DNA from: Mobula birostris | Lineage: Eukaryota | Direction of reading: 5' to 3' | Length of the DNA stretch: 64,000 nucleotides | Assembly (NCBI RefSeq): GCF_030028105.1 | Contig: NC_092382.1 | Coordinates: 101,014,699 to 101,078,698, forward strand | Shown here: positions 24,010-36,620 of the stretch, in pieces | How positions within the stretch are numbered: the first letter of the stretch is position 1 | Layout: each line of letters opens with the position of its first letter | Made by a program: the position numbers and the translations under genes | The notes under the pieces: generated by a model | What the model saw: only the letters and a program-made list of their open reading frames with translations | Told to the model about the DNA's origin: nothing | Database searches by the model: none

Positions 24010-25178
24010 CGAGCAATTATCGGCCTGTGAGTTTGACGTCAGTGGTGGGTAAATTGATGGAAAGTATTCTTAGAGATGGTATATATAATTATCGGGATAG
24101 ACAGGGTCTGATTAGCAACAGTCAACATGTATTTGTGGGTGGAAGGTCATGTTTGACAAATCTTATAGAATTTTTTGAAGAGGTTACTAGGACAGTTGCC
24201 TAGAGTAAAGCGATGGATGTTGTCTATATGGACTTCAGTAAGGCCTTTGACAAGGTTCCTCACGGAAGGTTAATTAGGAAGGTTCAATCGTTAGGTATTA
24301 ATATTGAAGTAGTAAAATGGATTCACCAGTGGCTGGATGGGAAACGCCAGAGAGTACTGGTGAATAACTGTTTTCAGGTTGGAGGCCAGTAACTAGTGCT
24401 GTGACTCAGGGATCTGTACTGGGTCCAATGTTGTTTGTCATATACATTAATGATCTGGATGATGGGGTGGTAAATTGCATTAGTAAGTATGCAGATGATA
24501 CTAAGATAGGTGGCGTTCTGGATAATGAAGTAGACTTTCAAAGCTTGCAGGGAAATTCAGGCCAGTTAGAAGAGTGGGCTGAAAGATGGCAAATGGAGTT
24601 TAATGCTGATAAGTGTGATGTGCTACATCTTGGTAGGACTAATCAAAATAGGACATACATGGTAGATGGTAGGGCATTGAAATATACAGTAGAACAGTGA
24701 GATCTAGGAATAATGGGCCATAGTTCCCAGAAGATGGAGACTCATGTAGATAGGGTGGTGAAGAAAGCTTTTGGTTTGCTGGCCTTTATAAATCAGAGCA
24801 TTGAGTATAGGAGTTGGGATGTAATGTTGAAATTGTACAAGGCATCGGTGAGGCCAAATTTGGAGTATTGTGTACAGTTCTGGTCACCGAATTATAGGAA
24901 AGATGTCAACAAAATTGAGAGAGTACAGAGAAGATTTACTAGAATGTTACCTGGGATTCATCTCCTAAGTTACAGAGAAAGGTTGAACAAGTTGGGTCTT
25001 TATTCTTTGGAGCGTAGAAGGTTGAGGGGGGACTTGATAGAGGTGTTTAAATTTATGAGGGGGGTAGACAGAGTTGACTTGGATAGGCTTTTTCCATTGA
25101 GAGTAGGGGAGATTCAAACAAGAGGACATGAGTTGAGTGCTAGGGGGCAAAGGTTTAGGAGTAATACGAGGGGAAACT
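24010..25178 (+). mobile_element. CR1 LINE RT-domain fragment (degenerate)
   Basis: NYRPVSLTSVVGKL, DFSKAFDKVPH, QGSVLGP, KYADDTK and RPNLEYCVQFWSP motifs with frameshifts and stops. Confidence 0.92.
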
Positions 25179-26881
25179 GTCTGCCTCACTGTCTGTCTAT
25201 CTCCCCATTTTGTTGGCTATCTGTCACTCTCTATCTACTTGAATTATTCTTTACACTTTGGCGTAATTCTTGTTAACGGGAATAGAAATTGAAATAGGTT
25301 TCAAGGAAGTGGAAAGAATTGCCGAGTCATTTCCACGGAATAGGACGGTGGAGTTTGAGCGATGAATTCCATGTCGTCCTAAGCAAAACGCCAATGGTTG
25401 AATTGCAGTCTGCGCAGAACAGCTGGCACCACAGGAAATCTTGTGAATGACAGCCGCAAGCCTGGTGACAGGAACAGGTTTCACGATCCTACGTCTCAGA
25501 GACCCGTCCAAATGCAGCTGTTCCGCCGACAGACGGATCTGCACATTAGGTGCCTCATGGTCCTGTCTACTTTAAATCTATTTGCCTCCATGTACTCAAC
25601 ACATCATTGAAGCTTTACCATCGGTGTACCTGCCCGAATGGTGTACACGTACCCTTCTCTACTGCTTCATCCAACAATTCATTACAGCTGTCTAACTTCA
25701 TCTGAGCATAAACAGATGTCCCTCAATATTAAATACTGTAATTTGGGGCTAATCCCTCTTACCCCCGGAAAATAATGATGATGCATCTTAGCTGTGCTGC
25801 CGGAGATTTTTACAGGCCTCGATAAAGTCAAGGTCGTAGTCAAAATAAATGTACTATCAAAGTACGTACACGGCACCATAGACAACCCAGAGATTCATTT
25901 TCTTGCAGGCATTTACAGGGACCGAGTTATGGTTAGGATTAGTGGGGTTAGCAGTCGATTCCACCACAGCACCATCACATATGGCCAAATATTCCCGCAG
26001 TAGTCGTGACTGTCTCCTTTCCACAAGTTGCTGTGCCAGGGTTATTCTTATTGCCGCCGCACGGTGGCACTCTACACAAGATTAAGACTTTGGGCTGTCC
26101 AAGTCCCAGCTGCTGGGTCGCAGAGTAAAGCGCTTGCTTGACGGCTAACCCCATTCTCGAAATATAACGCGCAGCTGAATTGGTTGCCAGGTATTCACTT
26201 TTGCTTCGCTTTGTTCGCTGATTCTGGAAAATTTCGTGCTACACGCTTTCAATGTCTACTGCAATCGTCATCACTGGCAAATTGCTGGCATGATCATAGC
26301 TTGCATGACGGGAGTTATGGGGTTATTTATAGGAGGTTTCCAGTTGGACCAAAGCGATTGTTTCCGTATTGCTCTAGTATACGACGCTACCATTTACACC
26401 TCTGAAGCAATAAACACTTGGGCCGAGAGGTCACAGTCTGTAACATATATTCTACAACTCTGTTATTTGCAATTCATGAACAGCACGGGAAAAGGCACTT
26501 TGGTCCACCATATACGAAATTAATCTGTCTTTCTGCTGAACGTAATCCGTACCTTCCTCCTTATATTCCTCTCTCCGCCTCCCAAAACAGTACAATGACT
26601 CTGTTTGTGACATTGAGGTTAGATCGTCGTGTCCGGGACTGAAGGGACAGCTCCCGTTGTCCTGCTGAAATTGGAATGGGGCCCGGCCTTTCGACTGACA
26701 TCCGAATCGGCAAATGAATTGATCCACACACCATTCAAGTTCTAAGCTTCCGGTGTCGCAACTCGGTGACGTGTGGGTAAAAGGCGGAGCTTCATGCGTT
26801 CGCCCATGACCTGACAAGGCATTCAAAAGGTTGTTCGTTACGGTCTCCCTTCCACTTGGAGGAAACGGTCTAAGTTCAAAG

Positions 26882-27557
26882 ATGTTCGTGTTATTGGAGC
26901 TGCTGTTCTGGTTTCACGGTAAAGGACAGTTTCAATTTGCGAGCATTTTAAGGAACCAGTTCTACATTACCCTTCCTGTGCTCCGTTAATTCTTGTACTA
27001 TTTGTTTCCCCATCGCTCTTCTGTGTTTCTTTCTTACTTATTCCATCGTCGCGCTCCTTTGATATTTAGTTCTCACCTCCGTCCATCCAATTATAATTAT
27101 TTTCTTTTATTCTCTCGCTCTCTCTATTTCTTCCCCATCTCTTTCTCTACTCCCCATATGCCTCTACTTCCTGCATCTCTCTTTCTCCTTCTTTCCTCCC
27201 TGTCTCCATGATCCGAGTCTACCTGCCTACTGAGGTCATACCCCTCTCCTCTCTTCCCCAGCCGCGAAGTCGCAAACGATCCAGCAGACGCCTCCGGCTT
27301 TTTCCGGTTCACCGGGGCAGCCGATGGCCCTGACCTGCAGCGTGGAGGGCAGCGGCACTTACTACGTGTACTGGTACCGGCAGTACCCGGGGCAGGAGCC
27401 GCAGTTCATGTTCTACAGCTACGGTGCTAATATTAAGAATCCCGACGGGGAAGTCGATGGATTTACCCTGCAGACGACGAAAGATAACGAGGCCAAACTG
27501 GTGACCAACAGCCTGCGGGAGAATCACTCGGCCGTGTACTTTTGCGCCTGGAGTATT
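26882..27557 (+). CDS. TRBV: TCR beta-like V segment V8 ('CAWS' family), intact, plus strand. Leader 26882..26918, V exon 27262..27557
   Basis: Leader MFVLLELLFWFH with GTAAAG donor; acceptor TCCCCAG; exon AKSQTIQQTPPAFSGSPGQPMALTCSVEGSGTYYVYWYRQYPGQEP...HSAVYFCAWS. Confidence 0.92.
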
Positions 27558-27596
27558 CACAGTGACTCGCCGCGAGGGAAGAGCTCGACAAAAACC
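27558..27596 (+). promoter_or_regulatory. Consensus 23-RSS of V8
   Basis: CACAGTG + 23 nt + ACAAAAACC. Confidence 0.96.
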
Positions 27597-28801
27597 CCAG
27601 ACTGCATGTAAACGGCGTGGCAGAGGCGAGCACACGCGGCCGTGTGGCCGTGTCCTGTTTTGTTGCTTTGTTTGACAGAGGAAACGCGATGTGGATTGTA
27701 AGCAGACGGTTTGGTAACAACGAGGAGAGAGCAGGTGGCCGATCTTCCGGCAAGATGCAAGCTCTTACACCAGCCTTGTGACGTCAGCACACCCAGCACA
27801 CTCCGACAGGCCCCGAACTGACGCCGATTTACCTGAATGTGAGGTGGAAAAGAAACAGTGGGATTTCATTACACTGACGTTCTCTTGATTCTTCCCTGTC
27901 ACGACGTCTGCATTTTCCTGCTTTCTTCCAGAAGTAACGCCCTCCCTGCTTTTGAAAGTCCTATCATTAACAGAACTTGTATAACAACAGCTGATTTTTT
28001 TTTGTGCTTGCGATCGCATTTATAGTTAAAATTTCCCCTGTGAATTTCGTCGTCCATAGTTCCATGTTAAAATTAGTTTTATCTCATTCGTCCTGTTACC
28101 ATCGTCCCTGAGAAGAAACAAGCGGCGTCCCTTTCTTTATCGAGGGCACTGAGTGTAAGGTGTAAGATGTCATGCTGGATTAGGCCACAAGCGGAATATT
28201 GCACCCAGTTTGGGCAAGAATGGTGTTGCGACAATAGGAAGAGTGGACGAGATATTCATTGGTGTGTTTCTTGGATAAGAGGGCTGCAGATGTATTGAAG
28301 ATGGATCGGCTGGGTTTACTTTCACTGGATCGGCTGACGACATACGGGTTTATAAAATTATAAAGGTCGAAGTTAGGGTTTTTTGCCAAGGTAGTGCTTC
28401 CATAACTACAAGGGCCATGTTTGAGCTCAGAAGGGAAACACTGATGGAGATGTACAGGATAAGGACCGGTATTGGATGTGAACGGCAAGATTATGAATGG
28501 GATGAGGAGGATTGCGGTAAGAGAGAGAGAGAGAGGGGAGAGGGGATAAAAGCAACAGGGAAAAAAGATGAAGGAGAGGGGGAGATTGTCAATGAAGAGA
28601 GGAGCTGGGTGTGTGGGAGCAGAGGCTCGAGAGAGGCGAGGGAGCGATATCAGGTACATCAGGTGACGCCGCTGTTTGTGAGAAGTTTCCTAGTTCTCCC
28701 ACTCTGCTCCGCTTTCTTCCCGTAGTCCACTGAAGTACTGGTTGGTAGGTTAATTGCCGGTTGCAAAATGGTCGAGGCCCCTATGTATGTCAGTCGCCGT
28801 G

Positions 28802-29886
28802 CAGACTCCGGGAGCAGAAATATGTGGCCGTGTGGTTCAGCTGCAGGTGGCCGGCGCTCAGAGTGAACTCATTGTTGTTCGGTTGACTGGCTGTCAACCC
28901 GTCCACCTCCGTGTCCGCCGCCACGGTCGGAGCACCCATCGAGTAAAACAGATTCTGCGGCTCCTTGCCCGGGTATTGTCTGTACCAGAACAATCGGTAG
29001 GTGCTGCTGCCGTCGACCGTGCAGTGAAGAGTTTGTTTCCGGCCGGGGGACTCGGAAACGGCGTCGGGAGTCTGGCGGATCACCGTCGAGGTCACGGCTG
29101 GTGATTTAAAGAACAAACGAGGGGAATAAATAAATAAATGCATTCAGTAAAGGCAGCGACTCCGTGCGCTGGAGAGAGGACCAGGCAGGTAAAGTAAAAA
29201 CAGAATGTGATAGAGAAATAACCTGAGCACGCCAGGGAGAGATGAGACAGAGATATAGAGAAATCGATAAGGAGACAGATAAGACTGGTTTATAGATAGA
29301 GATGGACGGATAGGGAGGATGAGGGAAGGTGTGGCTGTGCGGAGTGAAAGCACGAAGCGGAGGGAAGGAGCGAGTAGGGATGATTATTGAAAGGTAGACA
29401 GATAAATAAAGAAATGGGAGGAAGTGGAGTGGAGATGGCAGCAGTAGGGGACGGTGAGAGGAAAATGGAAAGGCGTGGTATGCGTCGAAGCTGAGCTGGT
29501 AGGAAGAGCGTGGGTGAGGTTTGGAGCGATGGATAAACAGGAGTGGTATGGAGCGAGCGAGGGACGGAGAAGAAAGGAGAGTGGAAATGCAGAGAGTTAG
29601 CTGGAGGCAATGTGCGAGGCAACGCGAGGATGAGAGTGGTTAAGTTCTGAAAGAGGCCAAGCGCGGAAATAATGGCAGAGCAAAGTCGGAAAATGAGGAG
29701 CAAGAAGAACAGGGGTCCATAAAGATGTTACTCACAGGGGAAGGAGGTGAACATGACGTAGAGATAATGTGGAAAATTGGATAAGACAGAATGAGAAAGA
29801 AAGAATCAAAATATGGAAGCAGGGAACATTGGATTTGAATATTCCTTACTGTACAAGCAGCTCACAAACGCCAGTAACAAGAGCAT
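28802..29886 (-). CDS. TRBV: TCR beta-like V segment V9 (CAWS-related, ends CSRS); intact ORF but defective RSS nonamer. Leader 29850..29886, V exon 28802..29097
   Basis: Leader MLLLLAFVSCLY with GTAAGG donor; exon VTSTVIRQTPDAVSESPGRKQTLHCTVDGSSTYRLFWYRQYPGKEP...HTATYFCSRSL; heptamer CACGGCG at 28795..28801, but CCATTTTGC at the nonamer position. Confidence 0.82.
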
Positions 29887-31399
29887 TCTTCACTTAAAGT
29901 TCCTCTGTCAGGAAGAGCAGGACCTGCCCGAAGCGTGAGGACAGATATAGTGACTGCATAAGGTTACAGTTTGCCTTGTAACGCCCCGCCCCCGCTTCTG
30001 TCATTGGCATCTCCATCCCTCCCTCGCTGGATGACGTTGCATCCAGAGCAGAAACCGGAAGTGCGCAAATTTACAACGTCGATATATGTTCATTGTATCC
30101 GCCGGAGCAAATGTGCGGGACAAAACATGAAATGAGGAGTTATTGTACTCGTTGTGTGAGCTGTGTGTCCGTTTCTCGGGCACAGTTTCTGCCTCTTTGT
30201 TTGTCTCTCTATGCATAGGTACTTCAGTTTTATTCAAAGATAAATAAAATACTTGGTAACAGGACCGACCGACCCAATGAAGCCTCGCCGCCCAATTACA
30301 CAGATGTGTCCACTTGTCCCGTAAGTCCTTGCAGGATGGAGTTGGGGCACCGAAGGGAACTGACACCGCCACTGGGAGGAACGTACGAATTTCTTACAGG
30401 TGGCGTAAGGAACAAAACCCAGCTGCTGGTGCTGTGTAGCGACACACTGACTGGTACGTCACGGTGCCGCCGTATGTTTGTGTGTATTATGTATGTATGT
30501 TTGTTTGTATGTATCGGTCTGTCTTGCAAACTATCTTGCCATGTATCTCTCTAGAAATCGATCTATCTAGCTATCCATCCGGGTATCGATTGGCAGCTTT
30601 GCATGCATTTGCTCCCACCGGCTTCTCTGGGTCTCAAAATATTATTCCCTCAAGCAATCCGGCCGTCGGTTCGACATCACCACTCTCAGTGTGAAAGAAG
30701 GAGGTGAAGATGTTTTTTTTCCCCCAGTGATAGTAGAGCTGTGACCATGCCTGTTTTGAAAATGTGGACTTGTGCATTGCAAGGTCGAGATAGGCGACCC
30801 ACTCCTGCCCTACTCAGAAGTCACTGCCGCTCCGTTTGGACTTAGAGCGCCCCCTGCTGTCACCCTGCAGAGAAACGGGCGCGACAGCGCAGCTTGCCCA
30901 TCCGTCGGATAGTCACTGAAATGTTGTAATTGTGACAACATCGACAGCTTCGATAGAAATACCCCACAGTTCAACGGGGAGTTGGTCTTCCTAACGAACA
31001 GACCTCAGACTCTCAGATGCACAACTGCTCCTCCCTGCCCATCATCCTCAGCACGGGTATCCCCCAGGGCGCCGTGTGGCGCCCATTGCTGTACACACGT
31101 GACCGCACGGCCAAACACCCGGCCAATCACGTCGACAAGTTCCCCGTTGTCACCCAAGGGACTCTGCACGAGGCACGGTGGAGGAGGTGGTAGACATCGA
31201 GGCCTGGGGCCAGGCATATAACAACGTCGACAAGACAAGGGAGATTTTTTTTAAAAATCGAATTCAGATGAAGTCGCCGCATTCACACACCCCTTCACAC
31301 ATGGTGGCACCACAGTCCAAACTGTACGCAGTTTCAAACTCCCGGAGTGCACATCACATGCAAACTCATAACTCCGTCATCACCGCAGAACGCACATTT

Positions 31400-31790
31400 T
31401 AGAATCTAGGAAGCTCGTCAATATCCCTGATTTCCCAGGAGGCGGAAGACAGCTGCACATTGCACATGCGCATCAAGTCATGCCACAGCTGCCGGATAGA
31501 GAGCATCCCAGCGTTATCGCAAGGCACGGAAGCCGCACTGCAGTGGACAGGGAGGCCCTACAATGGGTAGTCCAACCTGGCCCACGAATCACCAGTAGCA
31601 GTCTTCCCCGCCGTCGCTGACAATTATACAGAAAGACGCTGGAAAAGCGCCAGTATCATCAGGAATGATCGCACCTACTCTGCTCATGGACTGCTTTTTC
31701 CAATCGCGGCAAGGAAAAGGTTACGTGGCATCCACGCCATGATTACCAGCCTCAAAAACAATTCCCTTCCCCAAACAGTGAGCCTGATTG
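31400..31790 (+). mobile_element. Rex1/Babar-like LINE 3' fragment (degenerate)
   Basis: Resembles the clearer Rex1 3' end at 57655; recognised by eye. Confidence 0.5.
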
Positions 31791-32084
31791 ACACTTCCAT
31801 CCACTCACCCACCTCTCCACAGCCCCCCTCCCCTACTGTCACTGCTCTGTTATTATTTCCCGTCAGTCACAGCGTACGTAAAGCCTAATATAACCACATG
31901 GATGGATATCAGCTATTTTATGTATTTGTATTTATTATTTCTGTTCATTATTACTGTTATGCTCTTTATATCGCTCCGGACATGCGATTGTTTCGTTCTC
32001 CTTTACACTAGTGTGCGGGATATGACATTCCTAGACAACTCGTTCCACATTCCCACCGGCCTCTGCCTGAAAAGTGTAGCATCC

Positions 32085-35000
32085 CCCTAAACTAGAATGG
32101 TTGGGGGGTGGGAATCAAATTAAAGAGGCTAGGCGTGAGGAGGTTAGTTCACTACAGGGGGTTGGGAACCAGTGCAGAGAGACAGAGGGGTGTAAAGTGA
32201 GGGTAGAAACAAAAAGTACTATGGAGAAAAGTAAAAGTGGCAGGCCGACAAATCCAGGGCAAGCATTAAAAAGGGCCACTTTTCAGCATAATTGTATAAG
32301 GGCTAAGAGAGTTGTAAAAGAGCGCCTGAAGGCTTTGTGTGTCAATGCAAGGAGCATTCGTAATAAGGTGGATGAATTGAAAGTGCAGATTGTTATTAAT
32401 GATTATGATATAGTTGGGATCACAGAGACATGGCTCCAGGGTGACCAGGGATGGGAGCTCAACGTTCAGGGATATTCAATATACAGGAGGGATAGACATG
32501 AAGGAAGGGGAGGTGGGGTGGCGTTGCTGGTTAAAGAAGAGATTAACGCAATAGAAAGGAAGGACATAAGCCGGGAAGATGTGGAATCGATATGGGTAGA
32601 GCTGCGTAACACTAAGGGGCAGAAGACGCTGGTGGGAGTTGTGTACAGGCCACCTATCAGTAGTAGTGAGGTCGGAGATGGTATTAAACAGGAAATTAGA
32701 AATGTGTGCAATAAAGGAACAGCAGTTATAATGGGTGACTTCAATCTACATGTAGATTGGGTGAACCAAATTGGTAAAGGTGCTGAGGAAGGGGATTTTT
32801 GGAATGTATGCGGGATGGTTTTTTGAACCAACATGTCGAGGAACCACTAGAGAGCAGGCTATTCTGGACTGGGTTTTGAGCAATGAGCAAGGGTTAATTA
32901 GCAATCTTGTCGTGAGAGGCCCCTTGGGTAAGAGTGACCATAATATGGTGGAATTCTTCATTAAGATGGAGAGTGACATAGTTAATTCAGAAACAAAGGT
33001 TCTGAAATTAAAGAGGGGTAACTTTGAAGGTATGAGACGTGAATTAGCTAAGATAGACTTGCAAATGACACTTAAGGGATTGACGGTGGATATGCAATGG
33101 CAAGCATTTAAAGGTTGCATGGATGGACTGCAAAAAATGTTCATCCCAGTTCGGCAAAAGAATAAATCAAGGAAGGTAGTGCACCCGTGGCTGACAAGAG
33201 AAATTAGGGATAGTATCAATTCCAAAGAAGCAGCATACAAATTAGCCAGAGAAAGTGGCTCACCTGAGGACTGGGAGAAATTCAGAGTTCAGCAGAGGAG
33301 GACAAAGGGCTTAATTAGGAAGGGGGAAAAAGATTATGAGAGAAAACTGGCAGGCAACATAAAAACGGACTGTAAAAGCTTTTATAGATATGTAAAAAGG
33401 AAAAGACTGGTAAAGACAAATGTAGGTCCCCTGCAGACAGAAACAGGTGAATTGATTATGGGGAGCAAGGACATGGCAGACCAATTGAACCAACTTTGGT
33501 TCTGTCTTCACTAAGGAGGACATAAATAATCTTCCAGAAATAGTAGGGGACAGAGGGTCCAGTGAGATGGAGGAACTGAGCGAAATACATGTTAGTAGGG
33601 AAGTGGTGTTAGGTAAATTGAAGGGATTGCAGGCAGATAAATCCCCAGGGCCAGATTGTCTGCATCCCAGGGTGCTTAAGGAAGTAGCCCAAGAAATAGT
33701 GGATGCATTAGTGATAATTTTTCAAAACTCGTTAGATTCTGGACTAGTTCCTGAGGATTGGAGGGTGGCTAATGTAACTCCACTTTTTAAAAAAGGAGGG
33801 AGAGAGAAACCGGGGAATTATAGACCGGTTAGCCTAACGTCGGTGGTGGGGAAACTGCTGGAGTCAGTTATCAACGATGTGATAACAGCACATTTGGAAA
33901 GTGGTGAAATGATCGGACAAAGTGAGCATGGATTTGTGAAAGGAAAATCATGTCTGACGAATCTCATAGAATTTTTTGAGGATGTAACTAGTAGAGTGGA
34001 TAGGGGAGAACCAGTGGATGTGGTATATTTGGATTTTCAGAAGGCTTTTGACAAGGTCCCACACAGGAGATTAGTGTGCAAACTTAAAGCACACGGTATT
34101 GGGGGTAAGGTATTGGTGTGGGTGGAGAGTTGGTTAGCAGACAGGAAGCAAAGAGTGGGAATAAACGGGACCTTTTCAGAATGGCAGGCGGTGACTAGTG
34201 GGGTACCGCAAGGCTCAGTGCTCGGACCCCAGTTGTTTACAATATATATTAATGACTTGGATGAGGGAATTAAATGCAGCATCTCCAAGTTTGCGGATGA
34301 CACGAAGCTGGGTGGCAGTGTTAGCTGTGGGGAGGATGCTAAGAGGATCCAGGGTGACTTGGATAGGTTGGGTGAGTGGGCAAATTCATGGCAGATGCAA
34401 TTTAATGTGGATAAATGTGAAGTTATCTACTTTGGTGGCAAAAATAGGAAAACAGATTATTATCTGAATGGTGGCCGATTAGGAAAAGGGGAGGTGCAAC
34501 GTGACCTGGGTGTCATTATACACCAGTCATTGAAAGTGGGCATGCAGGTACAGCAGGCGGTGAAAAGGCGAATGGTATGCTGGCATTTATAGCGAGAGGA
34601 TTTGAGTACAGGAGCAGGGAGGTACTACTGCAGTTGTACAAGGCCTTGGTGAGACCGCACCTGGAGTATTGTGTGCAGTTTTGGTCCCCTAATCTGAGGA
34701 AAGACATCCTTGCCATAGAGGGAGTACAGAGAAGGTTCACCAGATTGATTCCTGGGATGGCAGGACTTTCATATGAAGATAGAATGGATGAACTGGGCTT
34801 GTACTCGTTGGAATTTAGAAGATTGAGGGGGGATCTGATTGAAACGTATAAGATCCTAAAGGGATTGGACAGGCTAGATGCAGGAAGATTGTTCCCGATG
34901 TTGGGGTTGTCCAGAACGAGGGGTCACAGTTTGAGGATAGAGGGGAAGCCTTTTAGGACCGAGATTAGGAAAAACTTCTTCACACAGAGAGTGGTGAATC

Positions 35001-35233
35001 TGTGGAATTCTCTGCCACAGGAAACAGTGGAGGCCAGTTCATTGGCTATATTTAAGAGGGAGTTAGATACGGCCCTTGTGGCTACGGAGGTCAGGGGGTA
35101 TGGAGGGAAGGCAGGGGCGGTGTTGTGAGTTGGATGATCAGCCATGATCATAATAAATGGCGGTGCAGGCTAGAAGGGCCGAATGACCTACTCCTGCACC
35201 TATTTTCTATGTTCTATGTTCTATGTTCTATGT
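32085..35233 (+). mobile_element. CR1 LINE, near-complete ORF2 (APE endonuclease + RT) broken by about 3 frameshifts
   Basis: ORF 32101..32826 (NARSIRNK, GITETWL, GDFN: APE); 33567..34592 (KSPGPD, NYRPVSLTS, DFQKAFDKVPH, QGSVLGP, KFADDTK: RT); 34577..35128 C-terminus; (TTCTATG)n tail at ~35205..35233. Confidence 0.96.
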
Positions 35234-36499
35234 CTGGCTTCAACCTCCCCCCTCTCTCTTCAATCCTGTGTCCATTCGCTCTAGACAGCCTCATCGCTGT
35301 AACACGACAACGATCAAACACCTCATCTCTTCTCCTCGGAAATTTGTAAACAGCGATAAGATTACCTTCGCAGACTCCATCTTGAAACAACCTAAGTCCT
35401 TTCCAATCTTTCCTTAGAACTCTTGTACTCTAGCTGTAAATTGATTTATTGATCATTACAGAATATCTGTCTGATGCTTCTCTCTTCCCCTTTTCCCAAC
35501 CATGATTCCCCTCTGCCTCCCCCTTCCCACTACCATCCCACTAAAGAGACCCGGGTCACAATCACGTTTACCATAACTCACATCTGTCAATTTGTTTATT
35601 TATTTTCGGCAGCAATACAGTGCAGTACATACAATTACTGCAGTATTGTGTAAATGTCTCAGGCCCCCTAGTTATACATCGGGACAGTGTGAGACCATTG
35701 CACTGTCCTGATGTTCACCATATGCTTCCCCGAGGCAGTCGGCACAGGAGCCTTAGGTCTGAAACACCCGCCCGGCGTGGATATCTTCACACTTCAGGAC
35801 TGAACTGATTCCACAATCTATGATTCACTTTCTAACTCTTGTTCTTATCATTGTATTTGCCTCTTTTTAATTATTTGCACGATTTGCCAGCCTTTGCATA
35901 ACAGTGTTAGCATCAGTTACGTATTGTTTTTCATCTTGTGTACCTTCGCGTTTCTGGGAATGCCAGCAAGAAAGTGAACTTTGAACTTCGCTCATTGGAG
36001 GTCGGGTACATTGCGGATTCCTACCGCTGGGTGCCGTTCGCTACACAGGAGCAGACCTTCGAGTCTGCCGGCGGTGAAGTGGTTGCTTCCCCGTTGAACC
36101 GCTCCCCATATCTCACGTACAATGCTGTGCTCCTTACCAGGCACCTGCAACACCACCGGTCTTGCTTTCGCCGTTGTCCGTTGCAGAATGCCGTGCTGTC
36201 CTATCCCAATCCCGTTACAGGTTTGACGCCGTCATGCTGAAAAGGATGCAACAAGGGATTGAGGGAAATGCGAGTTGGACAAGAAGAATAACAGCGAAGA
36301 ACTTCAGATTACGTTAACCGGAAAACTAAATATTATATTTCCAACAGTGCCAAAGAGTGAGCAACTTTCAAAACCTGATGAAAGTGGCGATATTGGGATC
36401 CCAGAACTTGCTACTATTTCAGACCTTATCCAGCAGTGACCCTGGTATAGCGCAAATCAATGACCACAGCAGCCAACTCAAGACCCGCCGCGGTTGCTC

Positions 36500-36509
36500 A
36501 GTGACGTCA
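36500..36509 (+). promoter_or_regulatory. TRBV-type promoter decamer AGTGACGTCA upstream of V10
   Basis: Matches the mammalian Vbeta promoter decamer/CRE consensus AGTGA(T/C)(G/A)TCA; about 110 bp upstream of the ATG, followed by GC box GGGGCGGGG. Confidence 0.8.
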
Positions 36510-36620
36510 GGTGTAATTGTCAGAGGGAGGGGCGGGGCTTCGGGGTTTCTGCCGTGACGCGTTGAGCTCAAGCGGATCCCCGAACCTTCTCCGCTGTGGA
36601 GAGGGCGGACGGACGTGAAG

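Noticed and set aside
26060-26098. Heptamer-like CACGGTG after a TAT-TGC-like sequence
   Set aside because: No nonamer at 12 or 23 spacing and no upstream V frame; probably chance or an unrecognisable relic.
27729-27742. CTCF-like AGAGCAGGTGGCCG downstream of V8 and GTGCCACCTAGCAA at 54834
   Set aside because: Both miss key core positions; not counted without a matrix score.
29735-29753. Alternative V9 leader (ATGTTCACCTCCTTCCCCT/GTGAGT)
   Set aside because: Only 6 codons; a proper 12-codon hydrophobic leader with the correct phase lies at 29850..29886, next to the promoter motifs.
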